The notes: a model not told the origin generated them from the letters alone. A stretch of DNA of 64,000 bases from Torpedo marmorata (GCA_977017645.1 OZ360239.1:29698001-29762000), one strand, 5' to 3'. Positions 26,601 through 38,808 are shown, counted from the first letter of the stretch. Numbers and translations: made by a program.

Positions 26601-28537
26601 CAGATGTTACAGATTCAGGAAGGGCAGCAGAGGACATTTTAAGAACTTTTAAAGGTAAAGCATTTGTTATTCATGTGAGAGTATGAATTGTGTTGTGGAT
26701 AGCAAACTTTGGATGACATAAAGGAAGGTGGAAGGTGAGGCCAGTCAGGAGAAGAAAGGAATAATGGAGGCAACAAAGATGTGGACAATAATTTTACCCA
26801 GGAACTCAAGGTGGGGCAGGTTCAGTTGAATCTTTTATTAGAATCAGAATTTATTGTCATGAACAAGCAATGAAATTCGGTGTTTTGCGGCAGCATCATA
26901 GTGCAAACATTCATATTATAACCATCTTACGACATTACTATATAAAAAATATATATATAAATAAATAATAGTGCACGAAAAGTAAGGCAGTGTCTTTGGT
27001 TCATTGGTTATTCAGGAATCTGATGACAGCAGGGAAGAAGCTGTCCTTGTGCCATTGAGTGGTAGTCTTTAGGCTCCTGTACCTTTTTCCCCAATGGTAA
27101 CAGAGTGAAGAGGGCATGGCCTGGGTGATGGGGGTCTTTGAGGATAGAGGCTGCTTTTTTAAGACACCGCCTCATGTAGATGTCCTCGATGGAGTGAAGT
27201 CTGGTGCCTGTGATGAGAGTTGGCGCCTCCATACCAGGCAGTGATGCAACCAGCCAGAATGCTCTCCACGGTACACCTGAAGAAGTTTACGATTGACATA
27301 CCGAATCTCCTCAGACACCTCACAAGTATAGCCGCTGGCAAGCCTTCTTTGTGATTGCATCAACGTGGAGGCTCCAGACAGATTCTCGGAGATGTCGACA
27401 CCCAGGAATTTGAAGTTCTTGACCCTCTACTACTGAGCCCTCGATGAGGACTGGGTCGTGTTCCACTGACTTCCTCCTGGTTTCATTTCCTTGGTTTTGC
27501 TGACGTTGAGCGCAAGGTTGTTGTCGTTACACCATTCAACGAGCTTATCTATCTCCCTCCTGTACGCTTCCTCATTGTCGTTTGTAATTCTGCCGACAAC
27601 TGTGGTGTCATCGGCAAACTTGTAGATGGCATTGGAATTGTGCCTGGCCACACAGTCATGGGTGTATAACGAGTAGAGCATCCTTGGGGTGCGCCTGTGT
27701 TGATAATCAGTGAGGAGGAGACATTGTTCCCAATTCGTACTGACTGCGGTCTTCCGATGAGAAAGTCAAGGATCCATTTGCAGAGTGGGGTACAGAGGCC
27801 TAGAGTTTGTAGCTTCTTGACCAGCACTGAGGGAATAATGGTATTGAAGGCTGAGCTGTAGTCGATGAAGAGCAGCCGTATGTATGAATTGCTATTTTCG
27901 AGGAGATCCAGAGCTGAGTGGAGAGCCAGCGATATTGCATCTGCTGTGAATCGATTGTGACAATAGGCGAATTGCAGTGGGTCCAGATCTTTGCTTAGGT
28001 ACGTGTTAATTCTGGCCATGAACAGCCTCTCAAAGCATTTCATCACAGTAGAAGTTAGTGCTGCTGGGCGGTAGTCGTTGAGGCAGCTCACACTACTCTT
28101 CTTGGGTACCAGGATGATTGATGCCCTTTTGAAGCAGGTGGGAACCTCTGACTGCCGCAATGAGAGGTTGAAAATATCCGTGAACACTCCAGCTAGTTGG
28201 TTGGCGCAGATTTTCAGTACCCTGCAGGTACGCCATCAGGGCCTGACGCCTTGCGAGGGTTCACCCTCTTGAATGATGTTCTGACGTCGCCCTCAGAGAC
28301 AGGTATCACAGGGTCCTCAGCCTTTTCAGGGATTCTAGTAGGCACTGTTTGGTTCTTCTCAAAGTGGGCATAGAAGGTGTTCAGCTCATCGGGTAGTGAA
28401 GCATCACAGCCGTCCATAGTGTTCGCCCTCGCTTTGTCGGCTGTAATGGCCTGCACTCCCTGCCATAGCTGGCGTGTATCTGTCTGTCTTCCTCCAGAAT
28501 TGCCACTTTGCTTCAGAGATGGCCTTCCGCAGGTCAT

Positions 28538-29759
28538 AAGTAAAACACGAAAATCTGTAGACACCGTGGTTGAAGTAAAAAAACGCTGGAGAAACTCAGC
28601 AGGTCAAACAGTGTCTTTTATGTAGCAAAGGTAGAAACACACAACCGACGTTTCGGGCTTAAGCCCTTCATCAAAGTATGAGAAAATGCCGGCAGGCGTC
28701 CGAACAAAAGAGTGAGGGGGGGGGAAGGGGGGGGTGGCAAAGGCAGGAGATGATGGGTGGAGAAAGGAGGGAGGGGACAGCAGCAAAGAGGGGGAGGAGG
28801 GATGGCTGGGTGGGTGGAAAAAAACAGGGACAGGTGAGGGGGGAGAGGAAGGAAAAGACAAGCAGGTTTAGTGGAAAGCAGAAAAGTCAATGTTAATGCC
28901 ATCTGGCTGGAGAGTGCCCAGACGGAAAATGAGATGATGTTCCTCCAATTTGTGGGTAGTCTGGGTGGGATAGTATATAAGGCCATGGACAGACATGTGA
29001 GTGTGGGAGTGTGACTTGGAATTGAAATGGCTGGCTACTGGGAGGTCGCTGTTGTTGCGGACGGAGAGGAGGTGCTCAGCAAAGCGATCTCCCCATCTAC
29101 GACCGGTCTCTCCAATGTAGAGAAAGCCACAAAGGGAGCACCGGATGCAGTAAATAAGTTCTCTGGATGTACAAGTGAAGTGTAGTTTCACTTGAAAGGC
29201 CTGTTTGGGACTCAGACCGTGGTGAGGGGGGAGGTATGGGCGCAGGTGTTGTACCTCCTGCGGGCACAGGGGAAGGTGCCGGGGGTGCGATAGGTGGGGA
29301 GGGATGAGTGCACGAGGGAATCGCGGAGGGAGCGGTCCCTGCGGAAGGCCGAGAGGGGAGGAGAAGGAAAAATGTGTCTGGTGGTGGGATCCTGTAGTAA
29401 GTGCCGGAAGTTCCGGCGGATAATGTGTTGGATGCGGAGGCTGGTGGGTGGTAGGTGAGGATGAGGGGGGTTCTATGTTTGTTGCGTCTAGGGGCAGAGG
29501 GGGCCAGGGCAGATGAGGGAGAAATGGAGGAGATGCGGGTGAGGGCTGAGTTGATGGTGGTGGAGGGGAAGCCACGTTTGTGGAAGAAGGCAGACTTGCC
29601 ACCCCCCCTTCCCCCCTCACTCTTTTGTTCGGACGCCTGCCGACATTTTCTCATACTTTGATGAAGGGCTCAAGCCCGAAACGTCGGTTATGTATTTCTT
29701 CTTTTGCTACATAAAAGACACTTTGACCTGCTGAGTTTCTCCAGCATTTGTATTTTTTA
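28538..29759 (-). mobile_element. Penelope-like element (GIY-YIG 3' part) with inverted pLTR
   Basis: LIYCIRCSLCGFLYIGETGRRWGDRFAEHL GIY-YIG motif. 29595-29759 is an inverted copy of ~28575-28740. 14-bp TSD CTTCCGCAGGTCAT at 28524 and 29760. Confidence 0.9.
29652..29692 (+). ncRNA. Minimal type I hammerhead-ribozyme-like motif in Penelope pLTR (second copy at 28640-28680, minus strand)
   Basis: CATACT-TTGATGA-A-GGGC-TCAA-GCCC-GAAAC-GTC-GGTTATG: variant core (UUGAUGA for CUGAUGA), stem II, GAAA, palindromic ACGT stem III and a GUC triplet. Confidence 0.55.
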
Positions 29760-30738
29760 CTTCCGCAGGTCATGCCTGGACTTTTTGTAAAGATCCCGAT
29801 CCCTGGCCTTAAATGCCCTTGTTCTTGCCCTCAGCAGGTTGTGAACTCTCTGATTCATCCAGGGCTTCTAGTTGGGGAACACCTGGTATTTGCACGTGGG
29901 CACACACTCATCCACGCAGGTCTTGATGAAGTCGGTGACACCTGTTGCATATTCATTCAGGTCTATGGATGTTCTTGAATATGTTCTAGTCCACCGATTC
30001 AAAGCAGTCCTGCAGACGCTCCTCCGTCTCCCTCGACCATACCTTCGCCATCCTCACCACTGGTGCTGTGGTGTTCAGTCTCTGCTTGTACGCCGGGAGT
30101 AGAAGTGCAGCCAGGTGATCAAACTTGCCAAAGTGCGGTCATGGTATGGCTCGGTATGCGTTCTTCATGGTCGTGTAGCAGCGGTCGGGTGTGTTGGTTC
30201 CTCTGGTTTCGCATGTGACATGTTGGTGGTAGTTTGTCAGAGACTTCTTCAGGTTGGCCTGATTGATGTCTCCCACGATGATCGGGAAGGCATCAGGATG
30301 TGCTGTCTCATGGCTGTTTATCACAGTGCTCAGTCCCTCCAATGCCAGCCTGACGTTAGCCTGGGGCGGAATGTGCACTGCGACCAGGATGATGGCGGTG
30401 AACTCCCTCGGCAGGTAGAATGGGCGACACTTGATCGCCAGATGTTCCAGGTCGGGGGAGCAGGACTGGGACATGACCGTCACATCTGTGCACCACGATG
30501 AATTGATGATGATAACGGATTCAATTAAAACCACACGACATGTTGTCACAGCAATGCCGGATTTGTTGAAGGGCTGGTGCAGAAAGGCAATTGATTTGAT
30601 TTCTAGCAAAATTTACAGTCAAAGACATTTGATAAATGAAAATAAAATTAGTTGTACGACCTTCAATGCAGAAATAGGCCCAGCAGCCCATGTCAACCAA
30701 GTTGCTACCTGAACCACACCCATTTGCCTGGGCATGGC

Positions 30739-31698
30739 TGTTACATCATACGCCAGCAGCAATAGAAATTCACCAAGACAATGGTATCTTCAAAAACAAT
30801 AATTTTTATTAATAACTATTAATAATATATCTTACTTAACTCTAAAACTTAACCCCAACTATGTGCAAATGTATATATGTGTGTGTGTGTGGCAGATCCC
30901 AAACCATTTCAGCTCAGGCACGATTCTGAAAAGTAAAATTCAAATTTCAGTCTTAAACATCTTGTGTTGAAAATCAAAACCTTTAAATTGATGTTCAGAA
31001 GTAATTACGAAGTATTTGAGACACCTAGTCATCAGACTTCTCAAAACGAACTAATTCTTGTCGAATTGCTTTCAGAGAAATATTTCTTCATACGAATGAT
31101 TTCTCACAATTCCCCTCTCTTGCGTAGAGGTTACAGAACTTGTGATTTCCACGATGCTTTCACAAACCCAGGTAAGGGTTAAACGGAATAACCACCAAAA
31201 TGGTTACGATCCAAATGCAAGAATGATCTTGCTTTCTTTACCCAGATATGGGTCAGTCAAAAGTGACCATTACAATGGCCACAGTATCACTGCTCTCTCT
31301 TGACAAAGAGAAACAGCCGGTGACCATCTTCTCCGAAGGCACTTTAATTCTGTCTCCAGATGATTCTCTGATGATACTAAAATGCTGCTTTTCAAGTGTC
31401 TTTAATCACATGACTTGTTTGATTAAATACTGGTTCTAAGTTTCAATTTTCAAAAAAACACGAGTCAACAAGCAGATGGTCTTTTGTTTGACCAGGTGTC
31501 TCTCTGAGCAAACATTCCATTGTTTCAGGTTTTCAATGGAACAATAATAAGGCTTTTATGGCTCTGAACTTTGATGCCTTGGCGCCTGCTTCAAAATGGT
31601 GTTCTGTGTGTCTTTCCCTTGTTTCCAAACCCCCACAGTAACTCTCTAAAATATAATATATAAAAATACAGATAAAAAAATAACATAAGCCTGTAACA
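30739..31698 (-). mobile_element. Solo LTR (960 bp, probably Gypsy), inserted into a CR1 3' remnant
   Basis: TGTTACA...TGTAACA termini, 5-bp TSD ATGGC at 30734 and 31699, and AATAAA on the minus strand near 30810. Confidence 0.8.
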
Positions 31699-31849
31699 AT
31701 GGCCCAAACCTTTTTCAACCTTTCCTGTCCATGTACCTATCTACATATTATTTAAATTTCATAATTGTTCAAATAATGGTCAGATAGAATGTGTTTAAAT
31801 GAGTAATTTAGTAAGGAGAAATGACTTATGGTGAAATGAGTTATGGCAT

Positions 31850-32205
31850 TTTGGGACAAAAAAAGTAATAAATAGAAGTTTGCACTGGGTTTTGCAAAAG
31901 CAAACAGAGACCTTGGACAACAACTTAAGGCGAGAGTGAGGAAGTTTTAGGGGGATGTGCAGGGCAAATATTTTTACACAGAGAGTAGTAGGTGCCTTGA
32001 ACAGACTGCCAGGAGTAGTGGTGGAACCAGATTCAATAGTAGCATTTAAGAGGCTTCAAGATATACACATGAATATGAAGGAGAGGGAGGGATATCTATC
32101 AGGTATAAGCAGCAGATTTTTCATTTGATTTGAACATCATGTTTGGCACAGACGCTTGGCTTGAAGGGCCTGCTCTTGTGCTGTATTGCACTATGCTGTT
32201 CTAAC
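31850..32205 (+). mobile_element. Old CR1 3' fragment
   Basis: TTTTACACAGAGAGTAGTAGGTGCC...GAAGGGCCTGCTCTTGTGCTGTA resembles a CR1 3' end. Boundaries approximate. Confidence 0.6.
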
Positions 32206-32406
32206 AAGCAGAAATTCTTTAAAATGCAAGAGCAGAGAATTAACAGCAGAAAAAAACAGATAGAAACATCTTGAGTTTTATACTTTTGAACAAATCTAAA
32301 TGGAAAGGCAAAAAATAAATTATGTACAAGGATAATGACAGATCACAGTTTGGATAGTATGCAATGTACCCCACTGCAGACATGACAATAAAATTATTAT
32401 ATGCAG

Positions 32407-32838
32407 TGTAGCGACTACTATCCATAAAAAAGCCGCTCAGAGGCTAAGTGGGCTCTTTACTGTGACGCATTAGAACAAAATCATATCGAAGTCCAGATGC
32501 GTTTTAAAACTCTTTATTAGTGAACCCAAAAGGACTCATAACGTGGTAACGATCATGAACCTAGTAACGATAACGTCTAACGATAACGTTCCTGATAATA
32601 TCGTAACGTCCTTGCTAACGTGACTAACGTCCGTGTAACGGTCAACAGAAAATATCAGAGCCTGACTCACCCACTGTCTGTCCCGCCATACCAGTCAACG
32701 TGGGCTAACTGAAATCCAAACGCGCAAAACCCACGCGCGTGCGCACCCGGCAGCAACAGAACGCGCGCAGCCTCCGGACCGCCGCCGATGCCCGCAGCCA
32801 AACCATCAACCACAAACAATGCACTTTTGGCTCCTACA
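32407..32838 (-). repeat. 3' LTR of the BEL/Pao element
   Basis: Direct repeat of 39256-39699. AATAAA on the minus strand at ~32513-32518. Confidence 0.92.
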
Positions 32839-33301
32839 ATACCGGCCCCTAATTATTATGTCTCAAATAATAATTACACAATTATAAATAACAATCAAAC
32901 ACAGTAAATTCCAATATTATGCAGATCTTCATTCTTCATAAGGCCAGAGGTTACTAGCACGTCGCCTTGAAAAAGAGTGATCTTTACCACCACTCTGGAC
33001 CAGTAAAGTTTGTAGTCTGTGTAGTGGGCAAGGTCCAAAAAACAACAAAATAAAGTCAGTTTTGGGTGTATAATTTTGCTTTCTATAATAGTATAGTAGC
33101 AGGCTTTAAGTATTGTAGCAAGGCTTCTCTAATGCCCAGATATCATTTTTTTTGCCTTTCACCTACATTCTATACTATCATATTCACCCAGGTTTCCCCC
33201 CAAAGCAGCACATCTGTAAATAGTATCCACACACCACCTATGTGCATTATTACAGGTTCAATGAGGCTAACTCCTTGGGTCTGCAGTATAAGCACTGATT
33301 G

Positions 33302-33820
33302 TTAACTGATTATTTTGCTCACAGATTGTAAGGTGGGAAACTCGTCATCTCAAAATGCAAAGTCTTGTGGGTAACAAAGTCTTTCTGGGCCAGCACCTGA
33401 TGGCACATTGGACACACCTGGCAGTCGAGCTCCAAGTTAACAGAAGTTTGCCATGCATTTTTCTTGTTCTTTTTTGATTTATTTGACACTTGTTTCTCCT
33501 GCATTATCAAGTGTTTGTGAGCAGAGAGAAGCTCCTGCTGCTTGGCTGTATCCGGCAGCTAAACAAGCGGTTCATTGAATATTTTCAGGAAATTTTCTCC
33601 CAGAATTCCTCTGCAATTCTTGTCATACTCTGAGCAGAAATCAGACCCTGTCTGAACTGTCCAGATTGAGTCCGAAATTTGTTGAATTTTGCTTCATCAT
33701 TGTGCAAAAATGTATTTATGGATTGAATTAGCTCAAAATTCCTCTGCTGAAAGTTCTCTGGAATGAGGTAAATGCTGGATGATGGTAGAGACTGTTTTGG
33801 TGCTGGAATCATAGGCTCGC
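33302..33820 (-). pseudogene. ZNF598: ZNF598 processed fragment, C-terminal part, followed by presumptive 3'UTR
   Basis: YLIPENFQQRNFELIQSI..FRQGLISA, LPDTAKQQELLSAH, KSKKNKKNAWQ, CQVCPMCHQVL and FPTLQSVSKIIS* match the ZNF598 C-terminus as I recall it. Intronless, with frameshifts. Confidence 0.9.
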
Positions 33821-34030
33821 TGACTAAAATGTAGCGACTACTATCCATAAAAAAGCCGCTCAGAGGCTGTGGGCTCTTTCCTGTGACGTGTTAGAACAAA
33901 TCATAGCTAAGTCCAGATGCGTTTTAAACTGTTTATTAATGAACACAAAAGGACTAGTAACGTCCATACAGCGTGGTAACGTCTATCGTATGTGGTAACG
34001 GTCAACAGAAAATATCGGAGCCCTACTCAC
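33821..34030 (-). repeat. Internal partial LTR (putative R-U5) plus 9 nt of leader
   Basis: Homologous to the LTR 3' half (TGTAGCGACTACTATCC at 33830). It includes TGACTAAAA, otherwise seen only just inside the 5' LTR (39247-39255). Confidence 0.88.
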
Positions 34031-35102
34031 CCTCCTTGTCTCTATTCCGCCACACCTTGCCCCTTGCTGATATAGATGCTCGAACAGCTGCGGCAACCTC
34101 TCTATCTTCTTCCTCCCTGCTATATTTCCATCTGCCTTGACGGTTTTGTCCTCTATTCTGGCCTCTTCTATTAAATCGATCCACTTCTTCATAATCTTCT
34201 CCACCCAAAATACGTTTGTTTCTCCTTTGATGCCGAGGAGCATAATTGAACTGTAGGTCAATCTGTCTATTCTGCCGGGCCTCTGCTCTGCTTTTGCTGT
34301 GGGAGGCAGCTTTATGTGCTTTGTAATCAATCTCAGAGCGAAAAGCATGAGTAAACTGTTCAGTGTTACAATGCTCTTCCTCACACAGATAATGCTTCTC
34401 ATGGAAATGATCACGAAGATAGTCATAATCACTATAATATTCTTGAGCACCATCAGAATCGCAGAAATGGCAAAAATAATGATCCCGCCTCAAATGTTTA
34501 AGTACCGGTAATTCATCATTATCCAGATAATGGTCATCACAGAATTTGCACAAAGGATGGCCACGATGGGAAGTATCATCTGGGTCACCATGTATTCGAT
34601 GCCGTGCAAGGTCCTTCCGACTGTACCATTTTCGTTCATAGCTAAAATCTGGAGGTGTCTTACACACAGCTTACAGCTAAACATCTCATGTTGCTTCCTC
34701 ATGTGATGCTCCAGTTCTTCAAAAGTATTAAAGGGTCTTGACTCAAGACATACTGAGCAGTCATGCTGCAGGAGTTTCCTGAATTGGGTATGATTCCTTC
34801 CATCTGCAATATAAATGTCATATTTCTTTTAATGGTAGAATTGATGAGTTGCTATTGTTGAAAATGGAGCAATTTTTTTCACATACACAACCTTGTCGAG
34901 CTCCAAGTGGCAGATGGCGCAGTACCTCTGGCCGCACAGGGCCCTCATCTTGGTGGAGCAGCGGTAGCAGACCGGGTGATCGCACTTGCCCACGGCGTAA
35001 ATCTCCAGCTCCTGGCAGCACAGGACACAGCTCATCAGCCCCGGCCGGGGCTGCGTGACCTTTCGCTCCGTCCCTCGAAGCAGCCCGACATTTGGAAGCC
35101 AT
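34031..35102 (-). pseudogene. ZNF598: ZNF598 processed fragment, N-terminal part (RING + C2H2 fingers)
   Basis: SCVLCCQELEIYAVGKCDHPVCYRCSTKMRALC..YCAIC RING, ERKWYSRKDLARHRIHGDPDDTSHRGHPLCKFCD, HYFCHFCD and HAFRSEIDYKAH. No introns. Frameshifts at ~35030 and ~34650 and a stop at ~34829. Confidence 0.93.
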
Positions 35103-35159
35103 GCTGGACGCAGCTCTCTCCAGAGGCCCCTCTTCAACCGGCTCACCCTTCCCCTCCCT

Positions 35160-38100
35160 GGCCTTGACTTGTACAGACACTATTGAGAGTTTGCAGTTAT
35201 CTTCACCGGCCCCAGTAAGACCACTTGTCTGAACAGAGGCTACAGCACTGTTTTCAGCTGCTTCCTTTATTTCTGCTTGCTCCTTTTCCATTTCCTTCTT
35301 TCTTTGGTGGATATGCAACATTCTGGGATGCTTTAAACCGCATATGTTGCAGCTAAGTCGCTTCCTGCAGTTTTTGCTGATGTGTCCTTTACACAGACAG
35401 CCAAAACATACTCCATTTTCTTTTAGGAAAGCGATTTTCTCACTATGCGCCCTCTTTTCCAACTGTGGACACATCTCCAAAGCATGTCCACCTCCACAGA
35501 GCAAACAGCTCTTCACAGCAGGAAAACTCTCCTTTTCCTTAGTTCCTTTATCATTTTCCTTATCTGCAACTGTCACAGTGGTGGCAAAGGTACTTCCTTT
35601 TATTCTTGAATGAGGCTGTGACTTGGACCTCCTTACATCTTTGCTCAATGTTGGAGTGTCTTTGACATCTCCAAATACTGGATCTTTTGCAATCTGCACT
35701 TGCCATTCAAAGAAATCCACCATATCTTTAAAGGGAGCTCTCTGATTGTGTTTTGCCTGGAACTTACAGGCCACAGTTCTCCATATATCCCTCAGCCGGT
35801 AGGGCAACTTCCTTATGATGACTAGCATATTAGCAGGCATGTCAAGCTCATGCATGTAGTTGATATCTTCCATGGCATTTCAACATCCTCTTAGAAAGAG
35901 GGCGTGTGCCTGTAGAGCCTTTGTGTCATCCGGTTTTATTGACGACCATGAAAGAGCCTTCTCCATATAAGCTGTAGCAATTTTATGCTCGTTGCCAAAA
36001 TGCTCCTGTAGTAAAGACTTAGTCTTCCCGAATCCTCTGTCCGAGGCCATATGTTGGCAACTCCTTACAAGTTCCCTTGGCTGTCCTTTTGTGTACTGTT
36101 CCAGATAATAGAGACAATCTCTGGGGTTTTTGTTCTTGCTTTCAATACTGTGTTCAAAGGATTTAATGAACACTTGGTACTGAAGTGGGTCACCATCAAA
36201 AACTTGAATCTCTTTTTTGGGCATGGAAGAGAGACACTGTAGCTGGATTAATAATGCAGTGATTTCATTTAGCCTTTCCATGACTGAGAGTACGTTGCTC
36301 TGTTCACCGTTGCTTGTAGCAGGTAATGTAGCCGGAGATGTCACATGTGCATGTTCACCCGGATTTCTGATGCTTGACTGGAGTGTCAAGGGAGCTGTGG
36401 TGAGCTTGGAAAGATCGAGGGTGATTTACTTAGATGGAAAAGCCTGTCCATCATATTCGTGGGCAGGGTAAACTGTATCAAAATGGTGGTGATGCCAAAA
36501 CTCCAATATCTCTTTCAATCTTTAACTATACCTTTGCCACAAACCTTTTTTAAAACACTCAATGGATGTGTAAGACAGTTTATTTGTAATGGCAAAGTTT
36601 CTAGAATCTCCATGGAAAAGATGATGTGGGATTATAAACTGGGGGGGTTTACGATTACCGGATTTTAAGAAATACTATTATTTAGCAGACCAGTCAAGGT
36701 TTCTTCTAACTTTTTTTTTTTGAGGAGGTTGATACCCCTCCATGGGTCCAAATTGGACTGAACGCTACAGGGGAGAAAATAGCTAAAGATTTTGTTTACA
36801 AATGGAATACTGATAATATCCAAAAGAACGGATAATCCCATTCTGAAGCATATGGTTAAAATCTGGCAAGAACTTAATGACTGTATTGGAGAAAAAGTTG
36901 GAATATCTCCCAATACACCTGTTTCAAAACGAACTTATACCCATGAATCTGGGCAACAAAATATGGGAAAATTGGTACCAAAAGGGGATTCGTTATATTG
37001 AGGATTGCTATCACAATGAAAAACTCATGTCCTTCGAACAACTTAGAGATAAATATGATTTGTCTTATAGAACCTTTCACTGTTTTCTCCAATTAAGATC
37101 CTTTTTGTGAGAAAGGTGGGGGCCTACAATGACCCCACCTATTAGCAACGAGGTGCAGCAGATACTTCGACTGGGAAACTCACTCAAATTTACATCCAGA
37201 ATGTACTTTGTTTTACAAAGTGAAAGCCCTAAACCAGGTATAGATAGGTCGAGGGAGAGGTGGGAGTCAGATCTGGGTACAACAATTCACGAACGTTACT
37301 GGTCAGACTGGTGTAGGCATAGTGTGACGGCGGTTATTAATGCCAGATAAAAACTGATCCAGTATAATTTCTTTCACCAATTATATCTTACACCGCAAAA
37401 ACTACACAAATCTAAACCTGAAATATCGGAGATGTGTTTTGGATGTGGTGTAGAAACTGGAACTTTTCTGCACTCCACTTGGTCCTGTGTAAAGGTACGC
37501 CCCTTTTGGCATGACATATCTAATACACTAACCAGAATTACAGGGGTAAACTTTCCACTGCACCCGGAGTTGTATCTTTTAGGAAATTTAATGGACATAA
37601 GCTACAAATTATCTAAATTTCAAATTCAATTTGTAACGGTTGCTTTGTCCGTGGTAAAGAAATGTATAGCAATAACTTGGAAGTCCGACTCCCCCCTTCT
37701 AATCACTCGATGGTCAACAGAAATGCGCAGCTGTATTCCCATGGAGAAAATTACATATAGTATCAGGAATAAATACGATACATTTGTTAAGGTGTGGCAA
37801 CCATACCTGGAGTATATTGGGGTCCAGTTATAACTCAAACTTCAAGGTACAGCAAAATGTAATGTATAACAAATTAATGGTGCGACATCTCCAAAAAGAT
37901 GGGAAAAGCAATGTCAGCACTGACGGTACGTTTAATTTTCTTTTATTTTATTTGTAATTTCTGTTTTTTAGGTTTTGTTTTTTCCTCTTTAGTTGGGGGG
38001 AGGGAAGGGAAATTTTAAAATAATGTTGTATATAATTGGAAATGGTACAATTATGTTTAAATTGCTAATCTTTTTGTGAAAAATGAAAAAATAAAATATT

Positions 38101-38808
38101 CAAAAAAAAGGGAGCTGTGGTGAGAGATTGGATTTGAGCTACAGCTCTGTCTGCAGTTGTTATTATTGGTGTTTGTGGATTGGTAACACTGTGCTTTGGG
38201 AGGATTCGTCCACGTGCATGCATGTCTTGTAACTGTGGTACAAAAGGGTTTGCCTTAACATTAAGTGTTTTCTTTTCCTGTTGTCCTTTCTCAAAATATG
38301 AGTCCATACCATCAGACACTTCAGATAAGTTACTTCGAACACCAGATCCCTTTGAGGCTCCAAGAACCTTCACTTTGGCCATAGTAGCAGCAATGTTTGC
38401 TTCCAGCTCAAGCTGCTCTTCCAAGGCATATTTACCTTTAAGCAATTTTTGTCATACAACAAGAGCAGCCACTTCAGCCTCAGCCTTTATACGTGCAGAT
38501 GTAATACTGGAAACTCTGGAGCTTGATCCAGAAGAACTTAGATTGCTTCTCCTGCTTCCAACATTTGACACACTGTCACCTGGTTGTATTTCATCCTGCA
38601 TGTCAGATGTTGCCTTAATATTTAACTCTTTCTCCAGTTTGAATTGCACATCCTTTGCATTTTCATCCTCTTCACCACCATTTTGTGACACACCTTCAGC
38701 TATTTCCAAGTTGTTGACTTTAAATTCAGTCAATGTCTTCTGCAGTGGTTTTAATCGCGCCTCAGCGGCGACGCCAGTAGCAGCGGCAGCCATTTTACGC
38801 GTCTCCAT
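35160..38808 (-). pseudogene. BEL/Pao gag, interrupted by an L1 and two nonsense codons
   Basis: EIQPGDSVSNV, FDGDPLQY..F, LYYLEQYTKG, and knuckles CLLCGGGHALEMC / CFGCLCKGHISKNC / CNICGLKHPRMLH. Ends at LSIVSVQVKA, just before the expected protease. One reading frame once the L1 is removed. Confidence 0.9.
36405..38107 (+). mobile_element. 5'-truncated L1 inserted in BEL gag
   Basis: GRVNCIKMVVMPKLQYLFQ...CFGCGVETGTFLHSTWSC..IPMEKITY plus poly(A). 17-bp TSD AAGGGAGCTGTGGTGAG at 36388 and 38108. Confidence 0.92.

Larger units (their letters stand above)
26838..30500 (-). mobile_element. Rex1/Babar LINE (APE-RT) pseudogene, interrupted by Penelope
   Basis: ORFs carry [41 protein letters not shown] and YKFADDTT. 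3' tail CAATAAATTCTGATTCT at ~26840. Confidence 0.92.

Noticed and set aside
32540-32645. CRISPR-like repeat array
   Set aside because: Eukaryotic context, short degenerate motifs without constant repeat-spacer periodicity, and no cas genes.
34023-34034. GTGAGT as a genuine ZNF598 splice donor
   Set aside because: The same GGGTGAGT occurs in the LTR (about 32667-32674), so it is LTR sequence at the junction.
33302-35102. Functional host ZNF598 gene
   Set aside because: It is intronless, has frameshifts and a stop, lacks the central part, and is embedded between LTRs.
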